Below, piece by piece: positions 1 through 9,565 of a stretch of DNA of 64,000 nucleotides. The DNA is from a virus: positions 1 through 64,000 of IMG/VR virus record IMGVR_UViG_3300025162_000024; one strand, given 5' to 3'. Both the position numbers and the translations under genes were made by a program. Below the pieces are notes generated by a model that worked only from the letters and a program-made list of their open reading frames with translations, had not been told where the DNA came from and made no database searches. Positions within the stretch are counted from its first letter, which is position 1; each line of letters opens with the position of its first letter.

Positions 1-17
1 CGTTGAAACTGGCCATA

Positions 18-518
18 TTAGCTCAGCGTGATCGTCACATCGGTTGCGGTCACTTCGGTCATCGCGTCAATCTCGTTGATCTTCGCGTTGAACGCGGTTT
101 GCAGTTTGATCCGCAGGGCTTCGCGGGCTTCCGCCAGCCGAGCTGCATCGATATCCGCCTGAGTCACGATGCTGCCCAGAGGGTAGCTGGAGACCGCCCC
201 GATGTTCTGCATCGTCGCCGCCTGATCCGCTGTCAGCAGGCCGGTCTGCATAGCCCCGCCCAATAGCTGCTGCACAACGGGGAGGGTCATATCCAAGTGG
301 TCAAATCGCGGATCGCTGTACAGGTCCATGAACGCCACAGCCACGGGGTTCTGCGGATTCTGAAATGCCGTCCAGATACCCGCTTCCACCATCATCAGCT
401 TGATCTGCCAAAGCTCGATGAGGTTGAGCCGCTGAACGACCGGCGTGTTCGCCCATGCGAGGAAGGCCGCATCGTCCGCGTAATTAGCCCGCGACTGAAT
501 GATCTGTTCGTAGTTCAT
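18..518 (-). CDS. Hypothetical protein (tail/fibre-associated region)
   Basis: 166 aa ORF with normal composition, abuts upstream ORF. Confidence 0.7.
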   Translation of the reverse strand: MNYEQIIQSRANYADDAAFLAWANTPVVQRLNLIELWQIKLMMVEAGIWTAFQNPQNPVAVAFMDLYSDPRFDHLDMTLPVVQQLLGGAMQTGLLTADQAATMQNIGAVSSYPLGSIVTQADIDAARLAEAREALRIKLQTAFNAKINEIDAMTEVTATDVTITLS

Positions 519-521
519 GGG

Positions 522-800
522 TTACGTCCTCGACGGCTCTCTCGCCGCCTGTTGGGTCGCCTCGTCGGCGATGTTGTCGAACATCCGCTTTGCCGAGAGC
601 ACTTCGTTGCCGAACTCAGTGGCCACGGGGTCGGGTTGCGGGTACGTCGAATCGGAAAGGATGTCGAGTGCTTTGGTCATAGCTATGCCTTCGACGGAGC
701 GCGGGTCACCAGCTGCTCTGGCGTAAGCGACGGTCCGGCCGAGGATCATCGCCTCGTAAGAGCAGCGGCTCACTCCCGGTCTAAAGATGCGGTGGATCAT
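522..800 (-). CDS. Small hypothetical protein, paralog of 3039..3353 (alternative start ATG at 680)
   Basis: Shares KALDILSDSTYPQPDP...FG.EVL..K.MF with ORF 3039..3353; ATGA overlap at 797-800. Confidence 0.65.
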   Translation of the reverse strand: MIHRIFRPGVSRCSYEAMILGRTVAYARAAGDPRSVEGIAMTKALDILSDSTYPQPDPVATEFGNEVLSAKRMFDNIADEATQQAAREPSRT

Positions 801-1675
801 ACTTGCCTGACCACTACGAGTTTCGGGGTGACCACGGACAGCACATCCGCCTGGCTCGCCTGTAGAAGTCCACTGGAGGTCAAGCCCTTAACATACCAGG
901 CACCGGTCCCCCCCAACTGGGCCATACTGATCACCTGGGGGATACGTGTTCCAACATCAGCCGTCTGCTGGGTGGTGAACCCAACGGAGTTCCCCAGATA
1001 GGAGTTTATAGCGAGGTTACCGGCGATGGCCGAGACATCCAGGGTCTTCCCCCCGATCTTCGAGGCGTTCATGTCACTACCCTTGAGAGCCAGGCCGTTA
1101 TCTGCCCCGGCCACCGCATCTGGAATGCTATTTACGGTCCCGGTGGGGGCCGCCACATTGAACCACCTCTTGAACGCCGCCGCCAGATACCCGGCCGTCT
1201 CGGTGAGTGCCGTACCCATGATCGCTTTGAGGTCGGCATAGACCTTGAACGTGGTGCTCAAGTCCTGGGCGTCCGTGCTCACCAGCGACCGGTTATCCGC
1301 CCCGGTATACGCCGCCGCATACCACCAGTTGACCGTAGTGGCAACCCCGCTCGCCTCGGCCAAGCTGCTCATCACATAGACCAGCAGCTTTTGGCCGGCC
1401 ACCGCCTCGATCGGCGGGAAGCTAGCTTCGTACACCGTGAGGTTCAAGGCGTCTTTAGCGTCGAGCGGATTGGAGATCACGACGCCCAGATCGGAACTTC
1501 CGCTGGTCTGACGTTTGATCGACACACTGACCTGCCCCGCTGCGTTGGTCAGTCCCGACAGCAGGATTTGCAGGTCATACGGCCCATCGGTCGGTACGGT
1601 GAGTGTTGCGATCAGCAGGGGCACTGTCGCACTTAAAGTCTGATTAGTTAGCGATGCGGGTGTGAGCAGGATCAT
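797..1675 (-). CDS. Virion structural/fibre-associated protein
   Basis: Ala/Thr/Ser/Gly-rich beta-type sequence; AGGAGG SD and ATGA overlap support start at 1675. Confidence 0.65.
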   Translation of the reverse strand: MILLTPASLTNQTLSATVPLLIATLTVPTDGPYDLQILLSGLTNAAGQVSVSIKRQTSGSSDLGVVISNPLDAKDALNLTVYEASFPPIEAVAGQKLLVYVMSSLAEASGVATTVNWWYAAAYTGADNRSLVSTDAQDLSTTFKVYADLKAIMGTALTETAGYLAAAFKRWFNVAAPTGTVNSIPDAVAGADNGLALKGSDMNASKIGGKTLDVSAIAGNLAINSYLGNSVGFTTQQTADVGTRIPQVISMAQLGGTGAWYVKGLTSSGLLQASQADVLSVVTPKLVVVRQV

Positions 1676-3042
1676 CCGACCCTCCTGTGACAATAATCGT
1701 AAGACTGCCAGACTTCACGCGGGTCAAGGACGCGGTTGTACAGGGCGACGTGGGCGATGGAGCCGGCCAGCCTCGCCTCGGCTCCCGTGAATAGATTTCG
1801 ACCGCCAATCGTTATCCCTGTTGTCGTGACATTGATAGCACTCGTGTAGGCTACCGGCGTCAAAGCCACCCCGTTCACATATCCAGTCAGGGATGTTCGG
1901 TTATACCCCACCGCCAAATGCACCCATGCTCCATTGGCGGTGAAATTTCCCCCTATGATATTGTTCCCATTGCCGTTGACGCGGAACAGCAGGTTGAAAC
2001 CGGGATACGTTCCGGTTAAACCGATCTCCCATGAATAGTTGCTGTTATCTCGCTTTGCCAGAAAGATTGGCGATGTCCCGCCCGTCACGTTCACCCACAT
2101 CTCAATACCGATGGCGTCAGTTAGATTAAATGCCGCGTTGTTCGCCACCAAGCCATACCCGCTCGTCCCGTTAAAGCCGGGATACTTGTACACCTCCCCC
2201 GCAATCGGGCTTTGGACGTTGGCGAGGGTGCCGCCGGTCCATGAGGTGCCAGAGAATGGCATGTACTGCCCATCGTTAGCGTTGGCGGTCCAGTCGGCGG
2301 CTATCGGGCCATTGACCGTCCATGTATTGCCCTGTGCGTCGGCGAAGCTCGTGGTGCCCGGTGGCTGGTTGAAGTTGGGGGAGGCGACGATGGTGCCGTT
2401 GATGCCGTTGCGGATTTCGACGGAGTAGATGCGACCGATAGGCACTTGGGTCGCTCCGTTACTCGCCGCCCCAACATTTATATTTGACGAGGAATCGAAT
2501 ATTGATACGACTCCATTAGTGCTGTGAGGAGTTCCAAGTTGCGCCCAGTTACTGCCATCATCGGACGTGTAGAACGTGGCAACACTGTGCCCGGCCCCAT
2601 TGTCCACATCCAACGCAACGCGGATGAACTTGTTGTCGCCTGCTGCCAATCCAGTGATGACAGAACTATTGTAGCTGACAAGGCTGCCAACCGTTCCATC
2701 CGTGTACAGTTGCAAATAGATCCTGCCGTTGGTGTAGACAAATATCTCCCAAGACATCTGGTTCCCAGTCGTCAGGAACTTGCTAACAAGGCACTGCGTC
2801 GCTGCCGGCACCCAATTCGCCATCGCCGCCTTCACCCGAATATCTTTATCACCCGGATCACTCAACGCCGCCGAATCCGGGCACGACGCATAGCACCCAG
2901 CCGTACCCGTCAGGGCCAGGGCGTTGTGCTGGAACTGACCGAAGCCGGAGAGGGGCCAATAGCCGACGAGACCGGGGCGGCCCAAGACCATCCCCGGATA
3001 GGAGATGCGTGACTGTCCGAGTTTTCCAAGCTTCCGGATCAT
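1672..3042 (-). CDS. LamG/concanavalin-A-like domain protein (tail fibre/receptor-binding)
   Basis: GLVGYWPL start, FNGTSGY...IEMWV...WVHLAVGY...YVNG...GSIAHVALYNRVL LamG signature; second ConA-like domain inserted. Confidence 0.85.
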   Translation of the reverse strand: MIRKLGKLGQSRISYPGMVLGRPGLVGYWPLSGFGQFQHNALALTGTAGCYASCPDSAALSDPGDKDIRVKAAMANWVPAATQCLVSKFLTTGNQMSWEIFVYTNGRIYLQLYTDGTVGSLVSYNSSVITGLAAGDNKFIRVALDVDNGAGHSVATFYTSDDGSNWAQLGTPHSTNGVVSIFDSSSNINVGAASNGATQVPIGRIYSVEIRNGINGTIVASPNFNQPPGTTSFADAQGNTWTVNGPIAADWTANANDGQYMPFSGTSWTGGTLANVQSPIAGEVYKYPGFNGTSGYGLVANNAAFNLTDAIGIEMWVNVTGGTSPIFLAKRDNSNYSWEIGLTGTYPGFNLLFRVNGNGNNIIGGNFTANGAWVHLAVGYNRTSLTGYVNGVALTPVAYTSAINVTTTGITIGGRNLFTGAEARLAGSIAHVALYNRVLDPREVWQSYDYCHRRVG

Positions 3043-3353
3043 GGCTGAGGTTCGGGTTCAACCGGCTTGGGCTCCGCGTAGATCGGGGGTAGTGGGAAGC
3101 TCGACAGCTGTGGCCACTGGTCCTGCAAGACGGCGATAACCGTCTTGACCGCCAACAGCCGGGGATCGTCGGCGTACCGCTTGTCAATAGCGTTCTGCCC
3201 GACAGTAGAGCTCGACTGGCTCAGTTGAGCAGCTACATCGGAGATAGCGTTAAACATACACTTGACGGCCAGTACCTCATCTCCAAACGAGATCGCGGTA
3301 GGGTCTGGCTGAGGGTAGGTACTGTCGCTGAGAATGTCTAGAGCTTTGGCCAT
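3039..3353 (-). CDS. Hypothetical protein, paralog of 522..800
   Basis: 104 aa; N-terminal ~40 aa near-identical to the 522..680 peptide. Confidence 0.7.
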   Translation of the reverse strand: MAKALDILSDSTYPQPDPTAISFGDEVLAVKCMFNAISDVAAQLSQSSSTVGQNAIDKRYADDPRLLAVKTVIAVLQDQWPQLSSFPLPPIYAEPKPVEPEPQP

Positions 3354-3369
3354 AGGTATATCCCTTATT

Positions 3370-4128
3370 CTACGCCAGTTCGGCCATATCCGCCTTAAGC
3401 TGTTCCAAGTTCAGGTTAGAGGGGCTCACCCCAGATTGTGTAAACCACTTCTCCCACAGGGTGAAGTGAAGTTCGTCGCAGTAGGCTTCGATCGCCTTGC
3501 GGGTAATGACTATGTCGGTCTCCCCCCAGCTATCGGGGTCTTCCTCGTCCCGACCAGCTCTCATAATCTCTAAGGCATGTCCGCCCCAGGACCCCTTCTT
3601 GTACGCTCGGCCTGATCCGACGTCCCAGACTTTCTTCCCCTGCCAGGCTAAGGGCATCATGAACCCGACGTAGGCCGGACCGAACAGGGCCATTCCCTGC
3701 CTAAGTTCATCGTGGTCCTCTGGCTGGCCGTCACACCAACCTAAGATCTTGTACCCAGAGAGGCCCTCGCTCTGCATCTTCCTGAGAACAGTGTGCTCGT
3801 CCGCCCCATTATCCGTGGCAGGCGTCCCGTCATAGCCACTGACAGCCTTGTAAAAGGCTAGATTATCCTCGTCCGGGACATTGAACTGGGCCCCCTGAGC
3901 ATACAGAGACACCGCTTGGATCCCGTGGACCATGGCGGCTACAGTACAATTGCCCAGCTTGTCGTTGAGACAGGCTCCGGGCGAGACCACTTTCGCCCCC
4001 CAATCAACCTGGTCGGGTACGGGTCCCCACCCGGTACGTGCCTGATACTTGTGGAGCATCAGCCGGTGGGGGTCATGCCTTGCCGGCTGTTTACCCAAGT
4101 GGCGAGCGTAATTATGTGCGACAAACAT
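3370..4128 (-). CDS. Papain-like (C1-type) cysteine peptidase
   Basis: VDW...NDKLGNCTVAA (catalytic Cys), GGHA (His), SWG motif. Confidence 0.75.
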   Translation of the reverse strand: MFVAHNYARHLGKQPARHDPHRLMLHKYQARTGWGPVPDQVDWGAKVVSPGACLNDKLGNCTVAAMVHGIQAVSLYAQGAQFNVPDEDNLAFYKAVSGYDGTPATDNGADEHTVLRKMQSEGLSGYKILGWCDGQPEDHDELRQGMALFGPAYVGFMMPLAWQGKKVWDVGSGRAYKKGSWGGHALEIMRAGRDEEDPDSWGETDIVITRKAIEAYCDELHFTLWEKWFTQSGVSPSNLNLEQLKADMAELA

Positions 4129-4610
4129 TAGGGCTGCTCCTGGCAGAGGGTCACAAACTGCTGGCTATACTCGATCTGCTCCTGTGTCAGATGGTAGCTG
4201 GACGAGCCGAACATGCGGACAGCCCCGTAACAGATATTAGCCTGGGCCTCGGGGGCCCCCTGGGAGAGCATCACCCCCCTAAGAAAGCTGTCGGCCTCCG
4301 GTCGTTCCATCCGCTGGCTGTGGTAGGCCCCGTCATGGCCCAGGGCGGCCGCCACTATGTTATGGCTGTACGGGTGCAGGCCTATGATGCTCCAGGCGGG
4401 CTCTGGGATGCTCGCCCCGTCAAAGCAGAAGCCCGACGAGATCGTCAGGATCCGGCCGTCGCCAAGCGAGTACTGGACGGGGCCGGTGATCTCCACAACG
4501 TCCTTCCAGCACTCCGGGTACTTGGCAGAGAACGGACAGGACAGACACTTAGCTGGCCTTACGGTAAAGAACCGGCTGGGGATGTCCGGGGTTAGACAGA
4601 TAATGCTCAT
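4128..4610 (-). CDS. DUF1353 family protein
   Basis: GFCFDGASIP and AALGHDGAY...EADSFL...YGAVRMFG motifs. Confidence 0.85.
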   Translation of the reverse strand: MSIICLTPDIPSRFFTVRPAKCLSCPFSAKYPECWKDVVEITGPVQYSLGDGRILTISSGFCFDGASIPEPAWSIIGLHPYSHNIVAAALGHDGAYHSQRMERPEADSFLRGVMLSQGAPEAQANICYGAVRMFGSSSYHLTQEQIEYSQQFVTLCQEQP

Positions 4611-4900
4611 GGAACACCGAGGACGAACGTTCGGAGCAAAGCACCGGCCAGGGTCCCTGAGGCCTCGGCCACCGCCTTGACCGCTTCAACATTGACCAGG
4701 CTAGCCCAACTGCCGATGACTACAACCTCGTTGCCCTGCTGGTCCCTGGCGAACAAAGCGTTCTCCAACTTCTGATCGGACAGACAGGTTACGACCTGCA
4801 GGTGGGTCTCGGACCGGTCGGGCCATACCCGGTCTAGCCGGACACTTGTGCATCCGGCTAGACCCAAGATCAGTAGGAGTATACGCAAGTGTCGGCACAC
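4607..4900 (-). CDS. Predicted lipoprotein
   Basis: Basic N-terminus, hydrophobic stretch, lipobox LAG-C. Confidence 0.7.
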   Translation of the reverse strand: MCRHLRILLLILGLAGCTSVRLDRVWPDRSETHLQVVTCLSDQKLENALFARDQQGNEVVVIGSWASLVNVEAVKAVAEASGTLAGALLRTFVLGVP

Positions 4901-4902
4901 TT

Positions 4903-5370
4903 CTACCTCTTCAGCTTAAGGGCAGCCAGTGGTTTGGGCATGTACGGTTGACACGCTTGTTCAACGCCCAGGCAACCAGCTTCGATATAAGCGGCCATCG
5001 CCGGGTTATTACTCTGTGTCTGGACCTGGATGGGTGCGAACCAGATGACCACGGCACTCTCGGCCAGAACCACGTACGGCGACAGACTGGTCTTCTCCCC
5101 TATAAGAGTATTGACCAGGGGGATGAACGAGGTGGAGTCGATACTCCCGGACTTGGCGGCCTGGGAGACGATCGAGGCGATAGAGAAGTACTCGGCTGCC
5201 ACCTTAGGGCGGTCCGCGTCCTTCACAGACTTCAGCTGGGTGTCGACCCCGCCCTGAACCAGATTGGTGGTCATCTGGAGCTGGGCAGTGGTGGGCATCG
5301 CCTGATTAGGCTGGCACCCGGCAAGGAACAGGAGGGAACAGAGGACGACAAGAACAGCGAGCAATCGCAT
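4903..5370 (-). CDS. Predicted lipoprotein
   Basis: MRLLAVLVVLCSLLFLAG-C lipobox; GGAG SD upstream of ATG 5370. Confidence 0.75.
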   Translation of the reverse strand: MRLLAVLVVLCSLLFLAGCQPNQAMPTTAQLQMTTNLVQGGVDTQLKSVKDADRPKVAAEYFSIASIVSQAAKSGSIDSTSFIPLVNTLIGEKTSLSPYVVLAESAVVIWFAPIQVQTQSNNPAMAAYIEAGCLGVEQACQPYMPKPLAALKLKR

Positions 5371-5444
5371 GTGACTCTCCAATAGAACTATGAGGCCACG
5401 GTCGGCACCCGATGCCCTGCTCTAGGCCTCTGCCTCCATTATAT

Positions 5445-5882
5445 CTAGGGTGTGGGTGGCGTGTGGCGTAGTCCGTACGCTTCGGCCAGCCACTTCCAGA
5501 TGGTCGAGAAGTTAGCGGAGATCACAGTGCCCAGCCCGATCAGGGCGGTAACCCCCAGCTTGAGCAGGTAGTGGCGTACTGTCTTCCTATAATCCTTCCA
5601 CTTCCTGACCTGGCTCAAGACCTCTGCCTGGCCCTCGGGTCCCCCCAGGAGCTTGCTGAACCCATCCTCGAGCTTGGCCAGGGCCTTGCATGTCTCTGTC
5701 TGGTCCTTGGCAATCTGCTCGAGCCTTACCCGGAGGTCGGCTGAAGACTGCTCGGAGGCCGTGCTCAGCTGGTCTATACGCGAGTGGAGCTTGCCGATAT
5801 CCTCGTGGAACTGAGACATACGGGTGGCGTGCTCAGCCAGGAGCTGCTGGAGTAGGGCGTCAGCCGAGTTGGGCATGGGCAT
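5445..5882 (-). CDS. Coiled-coil protein with C-terminal TM helix (holin/spanin-like candidate)
   Basis: Heptad-rich N-half, hydrophobic LGVTALIGLGTVISA segment; location next to lipoproteins. Confidence 0.55.
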   Translation of the reverse strand: MPMPNSADALLQQLLAEHATRMSQFHEDIGKLHSRIDQLSTASEQSSADLRVRLEQIAKDQTETCKALAKLEDGFSKLLGGPEGQAEVLSQVRKWKDYRKTVRHYLLKLGVTALIGLGTVISANFSTIWKWLAEAYGLRHTPPTP

Positions 5883-5950
5883 AGTCCATGTTCCTGTAAA
5901 AAAGGAGGTCTACATCCCATTTTACGAGAACCAGTCATCACTCACTAACG

Positions 5951-5980
5951 AAAAAAGGGCCGGTCAGAAAGACCGGCCCT
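5951..5980 (-). terminator. Rho-independent terminator downstream of the capsid gene
   Basis: AGGGCCGGTC-loop-GACCGGCCCT stem followed by a T-run on the minus strand. Confidence 0.9.
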
Positions 5981-6035
5981 CGGGGCATCGGGGAGTGCTC
6001 AGCCGAGAAGGAGGGGCTCGGCCGGCAAGAGAACC

Positions 6036-7013
6036 TTAGGTGTATTCGTACGTCGGGCTGTAGTCGCCGGTGATGTCAGTCCGGGCGAAGCCAGGATTGC
6101 CATAACCCACGGCAACCACGCGAGATGCGTAGAACTCGAGCATCTCCGCTTCCCGCTTGATGTACATCGTTGTGTCGCCGAGCGTATAGGCTTTACCGAT
6201 GAACTCGTCGGGGCCAAACCAGTAGATCGAACCGGACAGAACCTGGGTCTTCTTGATCGTCGAGATCCATTCACAACCCAGGAACTTACCCTCGATGGTC
6301 CCGTCGGTCAGCGACTTCTGGGCCATTGCACCGGCCTGGATCGTGTCCAGACACTTGGCAACGTTCAGGATCGTGACGTTGTTACACAGGGCCTTGACCG
6401 GGGCGATACCGTGATAGGCTTCGGCCATCACCGAGCGGGCCGCGAACAGCGTGCCACGGTTGATCGCATCACCGTCAAACTTACGCCACTGATTGACGTC
6501 GACCTGACTGGTGATGTTGGACGAAGAGCTGGTCCCGACCAGACCGAGCATCGCATTGACCGTCGCCAGACACCGGCCGTCATAGTCGGCCAACAGGTCC
6601 TTGACCACGTTGTCCGAGAACACCCGACGAATGTCGATGGTCTTGTACGTGCGGAGCTGGTTCACGTCCTTACGCATTCGGGCGGTCTTCATCGGCTGGA
6701 AGCCAACGATGAACCTTGACCCGTACATGTAGAAGGTCGAGGGGCTCGAGCCACCGAAGTTGACGGCACCCGACACAGGGCTCTGCGGTTCACGCTCCAC
6801 GTAGACCGCGGGGTCATCCGTGAAAATGAACGGGACGATCATATCGTCCGTAGCCGGCTTCGAGGGGACAATCGACTCCATGTACGAATCTTCACGGACA
6901 CGGACGCGGATCATATCGCCGACCGCCTCGGCCGCCTGCTTCTGCATGCCGGCGTCTTCCGACGTGATCTTCTCGATAAAGGCCGCGTTACGGGCTTGTA
7001 CTGTGATTTCCAT
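6036..7013 (-). CDS. Major capsid protein (putative HK97 fold)
   Basis: 325 aa, last gene of protease-scaffold-decoration cluster, strong SD, followed by terminator; IRVRVREDSYMESIVP and LEFYASRVVAVGYGN segments are capsid-like; KQAA at residues 25-28. Confidence 0.75.
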   Translation of the reverse strand: MEITVQARNAAFIEKITSEDAGMQKQAAEAVGDMIRVRVREDSYMESIVPSKPATDDMIVPFIFTDDPAVYVEREPQSPVSGAVNFGGSSPSTFYMYGSRFIVGFQPMKTARMRKDVNQLRTYKTIDIRRVFSDNVVKDLLADYDGRCLATVNAMLGLVGTSSSSNITSQVDVNQWRKFDGDAINRGTLFAARSVMAEAYHGIAPVKALCNNVTILNVAKCLDTIQAGAMAQKSLTDGTIEGKFLGCEWISTIKKTQVLSGSIYWFGPDEFIGKAYTLGDTTMYIKREAEMLEFYASRVVAVGYGNPGFARTDITGDYSPTYEYT

Positions 7014-7072
7014 GATTTCTTTCCTTGGTCCCGGTCTATATGGCCGCCGGTAGAGCCGTTAATGCAAAGTCA

Positions 7073-7810
7073 TTAGGCCGGGAGGGTCACGGTCCCAGAG
7101 GGGAACACCGGGAGGAACACGGACCAGAACCGGAGCAGCTTGGGGCTGCCAGCGATCGGGGCGTAGTTCTGATTGCCGACAAGGCCGTCAGAGACGATAC
7201 CGCATACAGTCTGGTCAGCCGCGATCCGTGTGGCGACCACCACGGGTGCGAGCGTACCGGGCATGCCCGCCGAAGCGTGCGGAGGATACGTGGACAGGGC
7301 CATGTTCGGAACATAGCTGGCCAGGACACCCTCGGTGTGATCGTATTCGTTGGTCTCGAACTCGTAGCCGCCCGTAGCGACATACGTGAGCAGCACGGGT
7401 CGCTGAGCGACCTGAGCATTGCCCACGGCCGCCGCATCGACAGCCGAGTAGCCGACCATGCTGTACGAGTTGTTACCCGTCGGGCTCGATACGTCGTACG
7501 AGTCGCCGGACTTCCAGACGAACAGGGGCATCGGGAGCAGGCCGTCCGTGGTAATCCGGGGCAGACCCAGCTTGAACATCGGGATAAGCTGGTTGTTCAA
7601 GGCAGAGGCCGTACCCGAGATGTACCCGACCATCCCGGACTTAACGGCGTCAACCGCTGCAGTCTGGGCCGTCGAGGTCTGGGCCACGCTGTCGTAGTAG
7701 TTGTACTTCTGCGTGGTGTCGATCCCAACCATCTTGTCGAGGTTGTGATCCGGGTTGTCACCCTTCAGCAGGTTCAGGAGCTTCGCGTACATCGGAGTGT
7801 TGAAAGCCAT
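7073..7810 (-). CDS. Capsid decoration/cement-like protein
   Basis: Immediately upstream of MCP; ATGGYEFETNEY and CGIVSDG motifs, beta-rich. Confidence 0.55.
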   Translation of the reverse strand: MAFNTPMYAKLLNLLKGDNPDHNLDKMVGIDTTQKYNYYDSVAQTSTAQTAAVDAVKSGMVGYISGTASALNNQLIPMFKLGLPRITTDGLLPMPLFVWKSGDSYDVSSPTGNNSYSMVGYSAVDAAAVGNAQVAQRPVLLTYVATGGYEFETNEYDHTEGVLASYVPNMALSTYPPHASAGMPGTLAPVVVATRIAADQTVCGIVSDGLVGNQNYAPIAGSPKLLRFWSVFLPVFPSGTVTLPA

Positions 7811-7921
7811 GATCTTTTTCCTTTTCAGAGGTCAGCTGTTGGCCGACCTGTTGTTCCCTAGGGAACCGATTCACTTACCTGAGGATACCGTCGGTTTCCC
7901 CAGGCTGTGAGAATTTCTTTG

Positions 7922-8278
7922 TTAGACCTGTGCTCGACCAAAGAGCTTGTTGTCGAACGCATCGTCGGACGAGACCTTCGCAGACTTCTGCGGAGCCTCT
8001 TGGGTACTCGGGCCGCCCAACGTCTGAGGTTGGATACAGCCGACCAGGAACTCCATGAGCTGGGCAGACTTGGTCTGTCCACCTTCAAGCAAAGTCTTGG
8101 TCAGACCCTCACGGGCCGTGGGCTCGGCCGCCCCCCGCTTGATCATCTCATCGACGATCCCCGGGACTCTCGCTTCAAACGCTGCACGATCATCAGCCGC
8201 CTTGGCCAGACTCTCGGTGGCCTTCGCCGTAAACTCCGAGGACCGCTTCAAGAGGGCTGTTACTTCTGGGGTAAGCAT
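7922..8278 (-). CDS. Small head-assembly-associated protein
   Basis: 118 aa helical, KAA/KSA motifs, AAGGA SD. Confidence 0.6.
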   Translation of the reverse strand: MLTPEVTALLKRSSEFTAKATESLAKAADDRAAFEARVPGIVDEMIKRGAAEPTAREGLTKTLLEGGQTKSAQLMEFLVGCIQPQTLGGPSTQEAPQKSAKVSSDDAFDNKLFGRAQV

Positions 8279-8301
8279 GTTTGTATTCCTTTTCTTGGAT
8301 C

Positions 8302-9495
8302 TTACTGGACCGGGGCACCCTGGGGGATCGCGGCCGGAGCACCTTCGACCGGAGCAGCGGCGGCCGCTGCCGGATCAGCCGCAGGGTCCTGGCCGGCACC
8401 CGCTCCACCCAGCTGGGCGAGCAATTTCTGCAGTTCCTCGGGAGGCAACTGTTCCAACATCTGGACCAACTGCATGATCTCCGGAGGAATCTGGTCACCA
8501 CCTCCAGCCTCGGGACCAGCCGGGGTCCCGCCGCCATCGGCAGGGGACGAGGCCGCTGCCGGAGCCACATTCTCCGCTTTCTTCTGGGCCGCCGTCTTGG
8601 CCAGCGTGGCCTGGACGATACCCGTCAGATCACCGATCGCCGCCAGATACCCGGACTGTTCCGGGGTATACTGAGCAGCCTGCTTCGGTTGCAGTGTCTG
8701 TTTGATCTGGGCGACCGCGTCTGTCTGACCAGCGGTGTACGCCTGCTTGAGGAGGGCAGCAATCTCCTCGGGGACCTGGGGGGCGGCTGCCTGCTTGGGC
8801 TGGGTCTGGGAGAGCAGTGCCTGGCCAAGCTGGTAACCAGCCTGGAACTCAGCGGCTTCCTTCTGGAAACCAGCGGCGACCGCATTCAGGTCCAAACCGG
8901 CCAGAGGATCAGTTGAGGTCGGCGCGACTTCAGCTGCGGCCTTAGGGGCGACCTCTGCGGCAGCCTTGGGGGCGGGTGTAGCACCCTCGTCATTCTTGAC
9001 GGCGGGGGTCGCATCCTTCTTCGGCTCTTCTTTCTTCTTGCCGACGGGGGGAACGGCGGGGGCCGCTTCGCACTTGCATGGGTCTGACTTGCACTTCTCA
9101 CAGACCTCGGCGGCCTCCTTCGTGGCGAGCATCGTAAGCTGGGCCATGAGGTCGTTGCCCTCTTCTGCCAGCTTCCGCTGCGAAGCACTCTTCAGGCTGC
9201 CGCTACCCTCGGTGGGGTCCTTCTCCTTGGGGGAGATGGCCGGCTCATCGACCAGCGTGAGCTTGGTCTTGGTCGGATCGTTGCCCTTCGCCTTGTCGGC
9301 GGACACCGATTCCTTGCTCGCCCCTTCAGGGCCCAACGGATTGAATTTCTTTGAGGCTGCTACGTTCGCAGCATCCTGGGCACCGGGGGCTGCCGAGCCG
9401 GCGTCTTTATCTTCCGTGGTCGGAAGAGTGCCAGCCGCTTTGGCCGACTTGCGGAATTTCTGAATCGCTTCGAGCAACGCGGGATTCGTGGTCAT
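8302..9495 (-). CDS. Capsid scaffolding-like protein
   Basis: Ala/Pro/Glu/Lys low complexity, ~15 K-x-A motifs, CEKCKSDPCKC cluster, located between protease and MCP; GGAG SD before ATG 9495. Confidence 0.7.
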   Translation of the reverse strand: MTTNPALLEAIQKFRKSAKAAGTLPTTEDKDAGSAAPGAQDAANVAASKKFNPLGPEGASKESVSADKAKGNDPTKTKLTLVDEPAISPKEKDPTEGSGSLKSASQRKLAEEGNDLMAQLTMLATKEAAEVCEKCKSDPCKCEAAPAVPPVGKKKEEPKKDATPAVKNDEGATPAPKAAAEVAPKAAAEVAPTSTDPLAGLDLNAVAAGFQKEAAEFQAGYQLGQALLSQTQPKQAAAPQVPEEIAALLKQAYTAGQTDAVAQIKQTLQPKQAAQYTPEQSGYLAAIGDLTGIVQATLAKTAAQKKAENVAPAAASSPADGGGTPAGPEAGGGDQIPPEIMQLVQMLEQLPPEELQKLLAQLGGAGAGQDPAADPAAAAAAPVEGAPAAIPQGAPVQ

Positions 9496-9565
9496 ATCGG
9501 TCTCCAAGAAGTTGGTCAGTTCCTGACCTCTTCAAATATCATTCTAACTCCTGACAATCCCACAC

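Noticed and set aside
8920-8975. APKAAAEV tandem repeat
   Set aside because: Low-complexity scaffold duplication, already covered by the K-x-A finding
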